From the NCBI GenBank assembly GCA_964057225.1, contig OZ059898.1, positions 20,894,001 to 20,958,000 of the forward strand: a stretch of 64,000 nt of DNA, given 5' to 3'. Positions 10,001 through 24,983 of the stretch are shown here, piece after piece. The DNA is from Auanema rhodensis (Eukaryota > Animalia > Nematoda). Under the pieces are notes generated by a model. The model did no database searches and was not told where the DNA came from. It worked only from the letters and a program-made list of their open reading frames with translations. The first letter of the stretch is position 1. Every line of letters begins with the position of its first letter. The position numbers and the translations under genes are program-made.

Positions 10001-13000
10001 AAATTAGATTCCCCATGTCCATATTAGTCTAAAAACAAATTTTTATTGATATTGGTGCTTGGTAACCATGACTTTGAAATTTACGTGAACTTTAATTTAT
10101 GCTAATTAAATGTACACGTGATGTGCACTTGGTATGTAACTCGCTTCACGTAAAAGATAAAGAGATGCGGTTTTCAAAATTAGATTTCCCATGTCCATAT
10201 TAGTCTAAAAACAATATTTTATTGATATTGGTTCATGATAACCATGACTTTGAAATTTACGTGAACTTTAATTTATGCTAATTAAATGTACACGTGATGT
10301 GCACTTGGTATGTAACTCGCTTCACGTGAAAGATAAAGAGATGCGGTTTTCAAAATTAGATTCCCCATGTCCATATTAGTCTAAAAACAAATTTTGATTG
10401 ATATTGGTGCATGGTAACCATGACTTTGAAATTTACGTGAACTTTAATTTATGCTAATTAAATGTACACGTGATGTGCACTTGGTATGTAACTCGCTTCA
10501 CGTAAAAGATAAAGAGATGCGGTTTTCAAAATTAGATTTCCCATGTCCATATTAGTCTAAAAACAAATTTTTATTGATATTGGTTCATGGTAACCATGAC
10601 TTTGAAATTTACGTGAACTTTAATTTATGCTAATTAAATGTACACGTGATGTGCACTTGGTATGTAACTCGCTTCACGTGAAAGATAAAGAGATGCGGTT
10701 TTCAAAATTAGATTCCCCATGTCCATATTAGTCTAAAAACAAATTTTTATTGATATTGGTGCTTGGTAACCATGACTTTGAAATTTACGTGAACTTTAAT
10801 TTATGCTAATTAAATGTACACGTGATGTGCACTTGGTATGTAACTCGCTTCACGTAAAAGATAAAGAGATGCGGTTTTCAAAATTAGATTCCCCATGTCC
10901 ATATTAGTCTAAAAACAAATTTTTATTGATATTGGTTCATGGTAACCATGACTTTGAAATTTACGTGAACTTTAATTTATGCTAATTAAATGTACACGTG
11001 ATGTGCACTTGGTATGTAACTCGCTTCACGTGAAAGATAAAGAGATGCGGTTTTCAAAATTAGATTCCCCATGTCCATATTAGTCTAAAAACAAATTTTG
11101 ATTGATATTGGTGCATGGTAACCATGACTTTGAAATTTACGTGAACTTTAATTTATGCTAATTAAATGTACACGTGATGTGCACTTGGTATGTAACTCGC
11201 TTCACGTAAAAGATAAAGAGATGCGGTTTTCAAAATTAGATTTCCCATGTCCATATTAGTCTAAAAACAAATTTTTATTGATATTGGTTCATGGTAACCA
11301 TGACTTTGAAATTTACGTGAACTTTAATTTATGCTAATTAAATGTACACGTGATGTGCACTTGGTATGTAACTCGCTTCACGTGAAAGATAAAGAGATGC
11401 GGTTTTCAAAATTAGATTCCCCATGTCCATATTAGTCTAAAAACAAATTTTTATTGATATTGGTGCTTGGTAACCATGACTTTGAAATTTACGTGAACTT
11501 TAATTTATGCTAATTAAATGTACACGTGATGTGCACTTGGTATGTAACTCGCTTCACGTAAAAGATAAAGAGATGCGGTTTTCAAAATTAGATTCCCCAT
11601 GTCCATATTAGTCTAAAAACAAATTTTTATTGATATTTGTTCATGGTAACCATGACTTTGAAATTTACGTGAACTTTAATTTATGCTAATTAAATGTACA
11701 CGTGATGTGCACTTGGTATGTAACTCGTTTCACGTGAAAGATAAAGAGATGCGGTTTTCAAAATTAGATTCCCCATGTCCATATTAGTCTAAAAACAAAT
11801 TTTTATTGATATTGGTTCATGGTAACCATGACTTTGAAATTTACGTGAACTTTAATTTATGCTAATTAAATGTACACGTGATGTGCACTTGGTATGTAAC
11901 TCGCTTCACGTGAAAGATAAAGAGATGCGGTTTTCAAAATTAGATTCCCCATGTCCATATTAGTCTAAAAACAAATTTTTATTGATATTGGTGCTTGGTA
12001 ACCATGACTTTGAAATTTACGTGAACTTTAATTTATGCTAATTAAATGTACACGTGATGTGCACTTGGTATGTAACTCGCTTCACGTGAAAGATAAAGAG
12101 ATGCGGTTTTCAAAATTAGATTCCCCATGTCCATATTAGTCTAAAAACAAATTTTTATTGATATTGGTTCATGGTAACCATGACTTTGAAATTTACGTGA
12201 ACTTTAATTTATGCTAATTATATGTACACGTGATGTGCACTTGGTATGTAACTCGCTTCACGTGAAAGATAAAGAGATGCGGTTTTCAAAATTAGATTTC
12301 CCATGTCCATATTAGTCTAAAAACAAATTTTTATTGATATTGGTTCATGGTAACCATGACTTTGAAATTTACGTGAACTTTAATTTATGCTAATTAAATG
12401 TACACGTCATGTGCACTTGGTATGTAACTCGCTTCACGTGAAAGATAAAGAGATGCGGTTTTCAAAAGTAGATTCCCCATGTCCATATTAGTCTAAAAAC
12501 AAATGTTTATTGATATTGGTGCATGGTAACCATGACTTTGAAATTTACGTGAACTTTAATTTATGCTAATTAAATGTACACGTGATGTGCACTTGGTATG
12601 TAACTCGCTTCACGTGAAAGATAAAGAGATGCGGTTTTCAAAATTAGATTCCCCATGTCCATATTAGTCTAAAAACAAATTTTTATTGATATTGGTTCAT
12701 GGTAACCATGACTTTGAAATTTACGTGAATTTTAATTTATGCTAATTAAATGTACACGTGATGTGCACTTGGTATGTAACTCGCTTCACGTGAAAGATAA
12801 AGAGATGCGGTTTTCAAAATTAGATTCCCCATGTCCATATTAGTCTACAAACAAATTTTCATTGATATTGGTTCATGGTAACCATGACTTTGAAATTTAC
12901 GTGAACTTTAATTTATGCTAATTAAATGTACACGTCATGTGCACTTGGTATGTAACTCGCTTCACGTGAAAGATAAAGAGATGCGGTTTTCAAAAGTAGA

Positions 13001-14953
13001 TTCCTCATGTCCATATTAGTCTAAAAACAAATGTTTATTGATATTGGTGCATGGTAACCATGACTTTGAAATTTACGTGAACTTTAATTTATGCTAATTA
13101 AATGTACACGTGATGTGCACTTGGTATGTAACTCGCTTCACGTGAATGATAAAGAGATGCGGTTTTCAAAATTAGATTCCCCATGTCCATATTAGTCTAA
13201 AAACAAATTTTTATTGATATTGGTTCATGGTAACCATGACTTTGAAATTTACGTGAACTTTAATTTATGCTAATTAAATGTACACGTCATGTGCACTTGG
13301 TATGTAACTCGCTTCACGTGAAAGATAAAGAGATGCGGTTTTCAAAAGTAGATTCCTCATGTCCATATTAGTCTAAAAACAAATGTTTATTGATATTGGT
13401 GCATGGTAACCATGACTTTGAAATTTACGTGAACTTTAATTTATGCTAATTAAATGTACACGTGATGTGCACTTGGTATGTAACTCGCTTCACGTGAATG
13501 ATAAAGAGATGCGGTTTTCAAAATTAGATTCCCCATGTCCATATTAGTCTAAAAACAAATTTTTATTGATATTGGTTCATGGTAACCATGACTTTGAAAT
13601 TTACGTGAACTTTAATTTATGCTAATTAAATGTACACGTGATGTGCACTTGGTATGTAACTCGCTTCACGTGAAAGATGAAGAGATGCGGTTTTCAAAAT
13701 TAGATTCCCCATGTCCATATTAGTCTAAAAACAAATTTTTAGTGATATTGGTGCTTGGTAACCATGACTTTGAAATTTACGTGAACTTTAATTTATGCTA
13801 ATTAAATGTACACGTCATGTGCACTTGGTATGTAACTCGCTTCACGTGAAAGATAAAGAGATGCGGTTTTCAAAAGTAGATTCCTCATGTCCATATTAGT
13901 CTAAAAACAAATGTTTATTGATATTGGTGCATGGTAACCATGACTTTGAAATTTACGTGAACTTTAATTTATGCTAATTAAATGTACACGTGATGTGCAC
14001 TTGGTATGTAACTCGCTTCACGTGAATGATAAAGAGATGCGGTTTTCAAAATTAGATTCCCCATGTCCATATTAGTCTAAAAACAAATTTTTATTGATAT
14101 TGGTTCATGGTAACCATGACTTTGAAATTTACGTGAACTTTAATTTATGCTAATTAAATGTACACGTGATGTGCACTTGGTATGTAACTCGCTTCACGTG
14201 AAAGATAAAGAGATGCGGTTTTCAAAATTAGATTCCCCATGTCCATATTAGTCTAAAAACAAATTTTTATTGATATTGGTTCATGGTACCCATGACTTTG
14301 AAATTTACGTGAACTTTAATTATGCTAATTAAATGTACAGGTAATGTGCACTTGGTATGTAACTCGCTTCACGTAAAAGATAAAGAGATGCGGTTTTCAA
14401 AATTAGATTCCCCATGTCCATATTAGTCTAAAAACAAATTTTTATTGATATTGGTTCATGGTAACCATGACTTTGAAATTTACGTGAACTTTAATTTATG
14501 CTAATTAAATGTACACGTGATGTGCACTTGGTATGTAACTCGTTTCACGTGAAAGATAAAGAGATGCGGTTTTCAAAATTAGATTCCCCATGTCCATATT
14601 AGTCTAAAAACAAATTTTTATTGATATTGGTTCATGGTAACCATGACTTTGAAATTTACGTGAACTTTAATTTATGCTAATTAAATGTACACGTGATGTG
14701 CACTTGGTATGTAACTCGCTTCACGTGAAAGATAAAGAGATGCGGTTTTCAAAATTAGATTCCCCATGTCCATATTAGTCTAAAAACAAATTTTTATTGA
14801 TATTGGTTCATGGTAACCATGACTTTGAAATTTACGTGAACTTTAATTTATGCTAATTAAATGTACACGTGATGTGCACTTGGTATGTAACTCGCTTCAC
14901 GTGAAAGATAAAGAGATGCGGTTTTCAAAATTAGATTCCCCATGTCCATATTA

Positions 14954-17900
14954 GTCTAAAAACAAATTTTGATTGATATTGGTGCATGGTAACCATGACT
15001 TTGAAATTTACGTGAACTTTAATTTATGCTAATTAAATGTACACGTGATGTGCACTTGGTATGTAACTCGCTTCACGTGAAAGATGAAGAGATGCGGTTT
15101 TCAAAATTAGATTCCCCATGTCCATATTAGTCTAAAAACAAATTTTTATTGATATTGGTTCATGGTAACCATGACTTTGAAATTTACGTGAACTTTAATT
15201 TATGCTAATTAAATGTACACGTGATGTGCACTTGGTATGTAACTCGCTTCACGTGAAAGATAAAGAGATGCGGTTTCCAAAATTAGATTCCCCATGTCCA
15301 TATTAGTCTAAAAACAAATTGTTATTGATATTGGTTCATGGTAACCATGACTTTGAAATTTACGTGAACTTTAATTTATGCTAATTAAATGTACACGTGA
15401 TGTGCACTTGGTATGTAACTCGCTTCACGTGAAAGATAAAGAGATGCGGTTTTCAAAATTAGATTCCCCATGTCCATATTAGTCTAAAAACAAATTTTTA
15501 TTGATATTGGTGCTTGGTAACCATGACTTTGAAATTTACGTGAACTTTAATTTATGCTAATTAAATGTACACGTGATGTGCACTTGGTATGTAACTCGCT
15601 TCACGTAAAAGATAAAGAGATGCGGTTTTCAAAATTAGATTCCCCATGTCCATATTAGTCTAAAAACAAATTTTTATTGATATTGGTTCATGGTAACCAT
15701 GACTTTGAAATTTACGTGAACTTTAATTTATGCTAATTAAATGTACACGTGATGTGCACTTGGTATGTAACTCGTTTCACGTGAAAGATAAAGAGATGCG
15801 GTTTTCAAAATTAGATTCCCCATGTCCATATTAGTCTAAAAACAAATTTTTATTGATATTGGTTCATGGTAACCATGACTTTGAAATTTACGTGAACTTT
15901 AATTTATGCTAATTAAATGTACACGTGATGTGCACTTGGTATGTAACTCGCTTCACGTGAAAGATAAAGAGATGCGGTTTTCAAAATTAGATTCCCCATG
16001 TCCATATTAGTCTAAAAACAAATTTTTATTGATATTGGTGCTTGGTAACCATGACTTTGAAATTTACGTGAACTTTAATTTATGCTAATTAAATGTACAC
16101 GTGATGTGCACTTGGTATGTAACTCGCTTCACGTGAAAGATAAAGAGATGCGGTTTTCAAAATTAGATTCCCCATGTCCATATTAGTCTAAAAACAAATT
16201 TTTATTGATATTGGTTCATGGTAACCATGACTTTGAAATTTACGTGAACTTTAATTTATGCTAATTATATGTACACGTGATGTGCACTTGGTATGTAACT
16301 CGCTTCACGTGAAAGATAAAGAGATGCGGTTTTCAAAATTAGATTTCCCATGTCCATATTAGTCTAAAAACAAATTTTTATTGATATTGGTTCATGGTAA
16401 CCATGACTTTGAAATTTACGTGAACTTTAATTTATGCTAATTAAATGTACACGTGATGTGCACTTGGTATGTAACTCGCTTCACGTGAAAGATAAAGAGA
16501 TGCGGTTTTCAAAATTAGATTTCCCATGTCCATATTAGTCTAAAAACAAATTTTTATTGATATTGGTTCATGGTAACCATGACTTTGAAATTTACGTGAA
16601 CTTTAATTTATGCTAATTAAATGTACACGTGATGTGCACTTGGTATGTAACTCGCTTCACGTGAAAGATAAAGAGATGCGGTTTTCAAAATTAGATTCCC
16701 CATGTCCATATTAGTCTAAAAACACATTTTTATTGATATTGGTTCATGGTAACCATGACTTTGAAATTTACGTGAACTTTAATTTATGCTAATTAAATGT
16801 ACACGTCATGTGCACTTGGTATGTAACTCGTTTCACGTGAAAGATAAAGAGATGCGGTTTTCAAAATTAGATTCCCCATGTCCATATTGGTCTAAAAACA
16901 AATTTTTATTGATATTGGTTCATGGTAACCATGACTTTGAAATTTACGTGAACTTTAATTTATGCTAATTAAATGTACACGTGATGTGCACTTGGTATGT
17001 AACTCGCTTCACGTGAAAGATAAAGAGATGCGGTTTTCAAAATTAGATTCCCCATGTCCATATTAGTCTAAAAACAAATTTTTATTGATATTGGTGCTTG
17101 GTAACCATGACTTTGAAATTTACGTGAACTTTAATTTATGCTAATTAAATGTACACGTCATGTGCACTTGGTATGTAACTCGCTTCACGTGAAAGATAAA
17201 GAGATGCGGTTTTCAAAAGTAGATTCCTCATGTCCATATTAGTCTAAAAACAAATGTTTATTGATATTGGTGCATGGTAACCATGACTTTGAAATTTACG
17301 TGAACTTTAATTTATGCTAATTAAATGTACACGTGATGTGCACTTGGTATGTAACTCGCTTCACGTGAAAGATAAAGAGATGCGGTTTTCAAAATTAGAT
17401 TCCCCATGTCCATATTAGTCTAAAAACAAATTTTTATTGATATTGGTTCATGGTAACCATGACTTTGAAATTTACGTGAACTTTAATTTATGCTAATTAA
17501 ATGTACACGTGATGTGCACTTGGTATGTAACTCGCTTCACGTGAAAGATAAAGAGATGCGGTTTTCAAAATTAGATTCCCCATGTCCATATTAGTCTAAA
17601 AACAAATTTTTATTGATATTAGTGCTTGGTAACCATGACTTTGAAATTTACGTGAACTTTAATTTATGCTAATTAAATGTACACGTGATGTGCACTTGGT
17701 ATGTAACTCGCTTCACGTAAAAGATAAAGAGATGCGGTTTTCAAAATTAGATTTCCCATGTCCATATTAGTCTAAAAACAAATTTTTATTGATATTGGTT
17801 CATGATAACCATGACTTTGAAATTTACGTGAACTTTAATTTATGCTAATTAAATGTACACGTGATGTGCACTTGGTATGTAACTCGCTTCACGTGAAAGA

Positions 17901-19710
17901 TAAAGAGATGCGGTTTTCAAAATTAGATTCCCCATGTCCATATTAGTCTAAAAACAAATTTTGATTGATATTGGTGCATGGTAACCATGACTTTGAAATT
18001 TACGTGAACTTTATTTTATGCTAATTAAATGTACACGTGATGTGCACTTGGTATGTAACTCGCTTCACGTGAAAGATGAAGAGATGCGGTTTTCAAAATT
18101 AGATTCCCCATGTCCATATTAGTCTAAAAACAAATTTTTATTGATATTGGTTCATGGTAACCATGACTTTGAAATTTACGTGAACTTTAATTTATGCTAA
18201 TTAAATGTACACGTGATGTGCACTTGGTATGTAACTCGCTTCACGTGAAAGATAAAGAGATGCGGTTTCCAAAATTAGATTCCCCATGTCCATATTAGTC
18301 TAAAAACAAATTTTTATTGATATTGGTTCATGGTAACCATGACTTTGAAATTTACGTGAACTTTAATTTATGCTAATTAAATGTACACGTGATGTGCACT
18401 TGGTATGTAACTCGCTTCACGTGAAAGATAAAGAGATGCGGTTTTCAAAATTAGATTCCCCATGTCCATATTAGTCTAAAAACAAATTTTTATTGATATT
18501 GGTGCTTGGTAACCATGACTTTGAAATTTACGTGAACTTTAATTTATGCTAATTAAATGTACACGTGATGTGCACTTGGTATGTAACTCGCTTCACGTAA
18601 AAGATAAATAGATGCGGTTTTCAAAATTAGATTCCCCATGTCCATATTAGTCTAAAAACAAATTTTTATTGATATTGGTTCATGGTAACCATGACTTTGA
18701 AATTTACGTGAACTTTAATTTATGCTAATTAAATGTACACGTGATGTGCACTTGGTATGTAACTCGTTTCACGTGAAAGATAAAGAGATGCGGTTTTCAA
18801 AATTAGATTCCCCATGTCCATATTAGTCTAAAAACAAATTTTTATTGATATTGGTTCATGGTAACCATGACTTTGAAATTTACGTGAACTTTAATTTATG
18901 CTAATTAAATGTACACGTGATGTGCACTTGGTATGTAACTCGCTTCACGTGAAAGATAAAGAGATGCGGTTTTCAAAATTAGATTCCCCATGTCCATATT
19001 AGTCTAAAAACAAATTTTTATTGATATTGGTGCTTGGTAACCATGACTTTGAAATTTACGTGAACTTTAATTTATGCTAATTAAATGTACACGTGATGTG
19101 CACTTGGTATGTAACTCGCTTCACGTGAAAGATAAAGAGATGCGGTTTTCAAAATTAGATTCCCCATGTCCATATTAGTCTAAAAACAAATTTTTATTGA
19201 TATTGGTTCATGGTAACCATGACTTTGAAATTTACGTGAACTTTAATTTATGCTAATTATATGTACACGTGATGTGCACTTGGTATGTAACTCGCTTCAC
19301 GTGAAAGATAAAGAGATGCGGTTTTCAAAATTAGATTTCCCATGTCCATATTAGTCTAAAAACAAATTTTTATTGATATTGGTTCATGGTAACCATGACT
19401 TTGAAATTTACGTGAACTTTAATTTATGCTAATTAAATGTACACGTGATGTGCACTTGGTATGTAACTCGCTTCACGTGAAAGATAAAGAGATGCGGTTT
19501 TCAAAATTAGATTTCCCATGTCCATATTAGTCTAAAAACAAATTTTTATTGATATTGGTTCATGGTAACCATGACTTTGAAATTTACGTGAACTTTAATT
19601 TATGCTAATTAAATGTACACGTGATGTGCACTTGGTATGTAACTCGCTTCACGTGAAAGATAAAGAGATGCGGTTTTCAAAATTAGATTCCCCATGTCCA
19701 TATTAGTCTA
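14954..19710 (+). repeat. About 10-monomer block duplicated at a 17-monomer offset (2992 bp): ~14954-16720 and ~17946-19710
   Basis: A133G (15086/18078) and T148C (15277/18269), followed by the same order of common variants; 2992=17x176. Confidence 0.85.
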
Positions 19711-22700
19711 AAAACAAAATTTTATTGATATTGGTTCATGGTAACCATGACTTTGAAATTTACGTGAATTTTAATTTATGCTAATTAAATGTACACGTGA
19801 TGTGCACTTGGTATGTAACTCGCTTCACGTGAAAGATAAAGAGATGCGGTTTTCAAAATTAGATTCCCCATGTCCATATTAGTCTACAAACAAATTTTCA
19901 TTGATATTGGTTCATGGTAACCATGACTTTGAAATTTACGTGAACTTTAATTTATGCTAATTAAAGGTACACGTCATGTGCACTTGGTATGTAACTCGCT
20001 TCACGTGAAAGATAAAGAGATGCGGTTTTCAAAAGTAGATTCCCCATGTCCATATTAGTCTAAAAACAAATGTTTATTGATATTGGTGCATGGTAACCAT
20101 GACTTTGAAATTTACGTGAACTTTAATTTATGCTAATTAAATGTACACGTGATGTGCACTTGGTATGTAACTCGCTTCACGTGAATGATAAAGAGATGCG
20201 GTTTTCAAAATTAGATTCCCCATGTCCATATTAGTCTAAAAACAAATTTTTATTGATATTGGTTCATGGTAACCATGACTTTGAAATTTACGTGAACTTT
20301 AATTTATGCTAATTAAATGTACACGTCATGTGCACTTGGTATGTAACTCGCTTCACGTAAAAGATAAAGAGATGCGGTTTTCAAAATTAGATTCCCCATG
20401 TCCATATTAGTCTAAAAACAAATTTTTATTGATATTGGTTCATGGTAACCATGACTTTGAAATTTACGTGAACTTTAATTTATGCTAATTAAATGTACAC
20501 GTGATGTGCACTTGGTATGTAACTCGTTTCACGTGAAAGATAAAGAGATGCGGTTTTCAAAATTAGATTCCCCATGTCCATATTAGTCTAAAAACAAATT
20601 TTTATTGATATTGGTTCATGGTAACCATGACTTTGAAATTTACGTGAACTTTAATTTATGCTAATTAAATGTACACGTGATGTGCACTTGGTATGTAACT
20701 CGCTTCACGTGAAAGATAAAGAGATGCGGTTTTCAAAATTAGATTCCCCATGTCCATATTAGTCTAAAAACAAATTTTTATTGATATTGGTGCTTGGTAA
20801 CCATGACTTTGAAATTTACGTGAACTTTAATTTATGCTAATTAAATGTACACGTGATGTGCACTTGGTATGTAACTCGCTTCACGTGAAAGATAAAGAGA
20901 TGCGGTTTTCAAAATTAGATTCCCCATGTCCATATTAGTCTAAAAACAAATTTTTATTGATATTGGTTCATGGTAACCATGACTTTGAAATTTACGTGAA
21001 CTTTAATTTATGCTAATTATATGTACACGTGATGTGCACTTGGTATGTAACTCGCTTCACGTGAAAGATAAAGAGATGCGGTTTTCAAAATTAGATTTCC
21101 CATGTCCATATTAGTCTAAAAACAAATTTTTATTGATATTGGTTCATGGTAACCATGACTTTGAAATTTACGTGAACTTTAATTTATGCTAATTAAATGT
21201 ACACGTGATGTGCACTTGGTATGTAACTCGCTTCACGTGAAAGATAAAGAGATGCGGTTTTCAAAATTAGATTTCCCATGTCCATATTAGTCTAAAAACA
21301 AATTTTTATTGATATTGGTTCATGGTAACCATGACTTTGAAATTTACGTGAACTTTAATTTATGCTAATTAAATGTACACGTGATGTGCACTTGGTATGT
21401 AACTCGCTTCACGTGAAAGATAAAGAGATGCGGTTTTCAAAATTAGATTCCCCATGTCCATATTAGTCTAAAAACAAATTTTTATTGATATTGGTGCTTG
21501 GTAACCATGACTTTGAAATTTACGTGAACTTTAATTTATGCTAATTAAATGTACACGTGATGTGCACTTGGTATGTAACTCGCTTCACGTGAAAGATAAA
21601 GAGATGCGGTTTTCAAAATTAGATTCCCCATGTCCATATTAGTCTAAAAACAAATTTTTATTGATATTGGTTCATGGTAACCATGACTTTGAAATTTACG
21701 TGAACTTTAATTTATGCTAATTATATGTACACGTGATGTGCACTTGGTATGTAACTCGCTTCACGTGAAAGATAAAGAGATGCGGTTTTCAAAATTAGAT
21801 TTCCCATGTCCATATTAGTCTAAAAACAAATTTTTATTGATATTGGTTCATGGTAACCATGACTTTGAAATTTACGTGAACTTTAATTTATGCTAATTAA
21901 ATGTACACGTGATGTGCACTTGGTATGTAACTCGCTTCACGTGAAAGATAAAGAGATGCGGTTTTCAAAATTAGATTTCCCATGTCCATATTAGTCTAAA
22001 AACAAATTTTTATTGATATTGGTTCATGGTAACCATGACTTTGAAATTTACGTGAACTTTAATTTATGCTAATTAAATGTACACGTGATGTGCACTTGGT
22101 ATGTAACTCGCTTCACGTGAAAGATAAAGAGATGCGGTTTTCAAAATTAGATTCCCCATGTCCATATTAGTCTAAAAACAAAATTTTATTGATATTGGTT
22201 CATGGTAACCATGACTTTGAAATTTACGTGAATTTTAATTTATGCTAATTAAATGTACACGTGATGTGCACTTGGTATGTAACTCGCTTCACGTGAAAGA
22301 TAAAGAGATGCGGTTTTCAAAAGTAGATTCCCCATGTCCATATTAGTCTAAAAACAAATGTTTATTGATATTGGTGCATGGTAACCATGACTTTGAAATT
22401 TACGTGAACTTTAATTTATGCTAATTAAATGTACACGTGATGTGCACTTGGTATGTAACTCGCTTCACGTGAATGATAAAGAGATGCGGTTTTCAAAATT
22501 AGATTCCCCATGTCCATATTAGTCTAAAAACAAATTTTTATTGATATTGGTTCATGGTAACCATGACTTTGAAATTTACGTGAACTTTAATTTATGCTAA
22601 TTAAATGTACACGTGATGTGCACTTGGTATGTAACTCGCTTCACGTGAAAGATAAAGAGATGCGGTTTTCAAAATTAGATTCCATATGTCCATATTAGTC

Positions 22701-24983
22701 TAAAAACAAATTTTTATTGATATTGGTTCATGGTACCCATGACTTTGAAATTTACGTGAACTTTAATTATGCTAATTAAATGTACAGGTAATGTGCACTT
22801 GGTATGTAACTCGCTTCACGTGAAAGATAAAGAGATGCGGTTTTCAAAATTAGATTCCCCATGTCCATATTAGTCTAAAAACAAATTTTTATTGATATTG
22901 GTTCATGGTAACCATGACTTTGAAATTTACGTGAACTTTAATTTATGCTAATTAAATGTACACGTGATGTGCACTTGGTATGTAACTCGCTTCACGTGAA
23001 AGATAAAGAGATGCGGTTTTCAAAAGTAGATTCCCCATGTCCATATTAGTCTAAAAACAAATGTTTATTGATATTGGTGCATGGTAACCATGACTTTGAA
23101 ATTTACGTGAACTTTAATTTATGCTAATTAAATGTACACGTGATGTGCACTTGGTATGTAACTCGCTTCACGTGAATGATAAAGAGATGCGGTTTTCAAA
23201 ATTAGATTCCCCATGTCCATATTAGTCTAAAAACAAATGTTTATTGATATTGGTTCATGGTAACCATGACTTTGAAATTTACGTGAACTTTAATTTATGC
23301 TAATTAAATGTACACGTGATGTGCACTTGGTATGTAACTCGCTTCACGTGAAAGATAAAGAGATGCGGTTTTCAAAATTAGATTCCCCATGTCCATATTA
23401 GTCTAAAAACAAATTTTTATTGATATTGGTGCTTGGTAACCATGACTTTGAAATTTACGTGAACTTTAATTTATGCTAATTAAATGTACACGTGATGTGC
23501 ACTTGGTATGTAACTCGCTTCACGTGAAAGATAAAGAGATGCGGTTTTCAAAATTAGATTCCCCATGTCCATATTAGTCTAAAAACAAATTTTTATTGAT
23601 ATTGGTTCATGGTAACCATGACTTTGAAATTTACGTGAACTTTAATTTAAGCTAATTAAATGTACACGTGATGTGCACTTGGTATGTAACTCGCTTCACG
23701 TGAAAGATAAAGAGATGCGGTTTTCAAAATTAGATTCCCCATGTCCATATTAGTCTACAAACAAATTTTCATTGATATTGGTTCATGGTAACCATGACTT
23801 TGAAATTTACGTGAACTTTAATTTATGCTAATTAAATGTACACGTCATGTGCACTTGGTATGTAACTCGCTTCACGTGAAAGATAAAGAGATGCGGTTTT
23901 CAAAAGTAGATTCCCCATGTCCATATTAGTCTAAAAACAAATGTTTATTGATATTGGTGCATGGTAACCATGACTTTGAAATTTACGTGAACTTTAATTT
24001 ATGCTAATTAAATGTACACGTGATGTGCACTTGGTATGTAACTCGCTTCACGTGAATGATAAAGAGATGCGGTTTTCAGAATTAGATTCCCCATGTCCAT
24101 ATTAGTCTAAAAACAAATTTTTATTGATATTGGTTCATGGTAACCATGACTTTGAAATTTACGTGAACTTTAATTTATGCTAATTAAATGTACACGTGAT
24201 GTGCACTTGGTATGTAACTCGCTTCACGTGAAAGATAAAGAGATGCGGTTTTCAAAATTAGATTCCATATGTCCATATTAGTCTAAAAACAAATTTTTAT
24301 TGATATTGGTTCATGGTACCCATGACTTTGAAATTTACGTGAACTTTAATTATGCTAATTAAATGTACAGGTAATGTGCACTTGGTATGTAACTCGCTTC
24401 ACGTGAAAGATAAAGAGATGCGGTTTTCAAAATTAGATTCCCCATGTCCATATTAGTCTAAAAACAAATTTTTATTGATATTGGTTCATGGTAACCATGA
24501 CTTTGAAATTTACGTGAACTTTAATTTATGCTAATTAAATGTACACGTGATGTGCACTTGGTATGTAACTCGCTTCACGTGAAAGATAAAGAGATGCGGT
24601 TTTCAAAAGTAGATTCCCCATGTCCATATTAGTCTAAAAACAAATGTTTATTGATATTGGTGCATGGTAACCATGACTTTGAAATTTACGTGAACTTTAA
24701 TTTATGCTAATTAAATGTACACGTGATGTGCACTTGGTATGTAACTCGCTTCACGTGAATGATAAAGAGATGCGGTTTTCAAAATTAGATTCCCCATGTC
24801 CATATTAGTCTAAAAACAAATGTTTATTGATATTGGTTCATGGTAACCATGACTTTGAAATTTACGTGAACTTTAATTTATGCTAATTAAATGTACACGT
24901 GATGTGCACTTGGTATGTAACTCGCTTCACGTGAAAGATAAAGAGATGCGGTTTTCAAAATTAGATTCCCCATGTCCATATTA

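Noticed and set aside
16786-16968. 60-aa ORF MLIKCTRHVH... as a protein-coding gene
   Set aside because: It is a translation of the satellite opened by a single TAG->TGG change in one of 363 copies; no recognisable domain or gene context.
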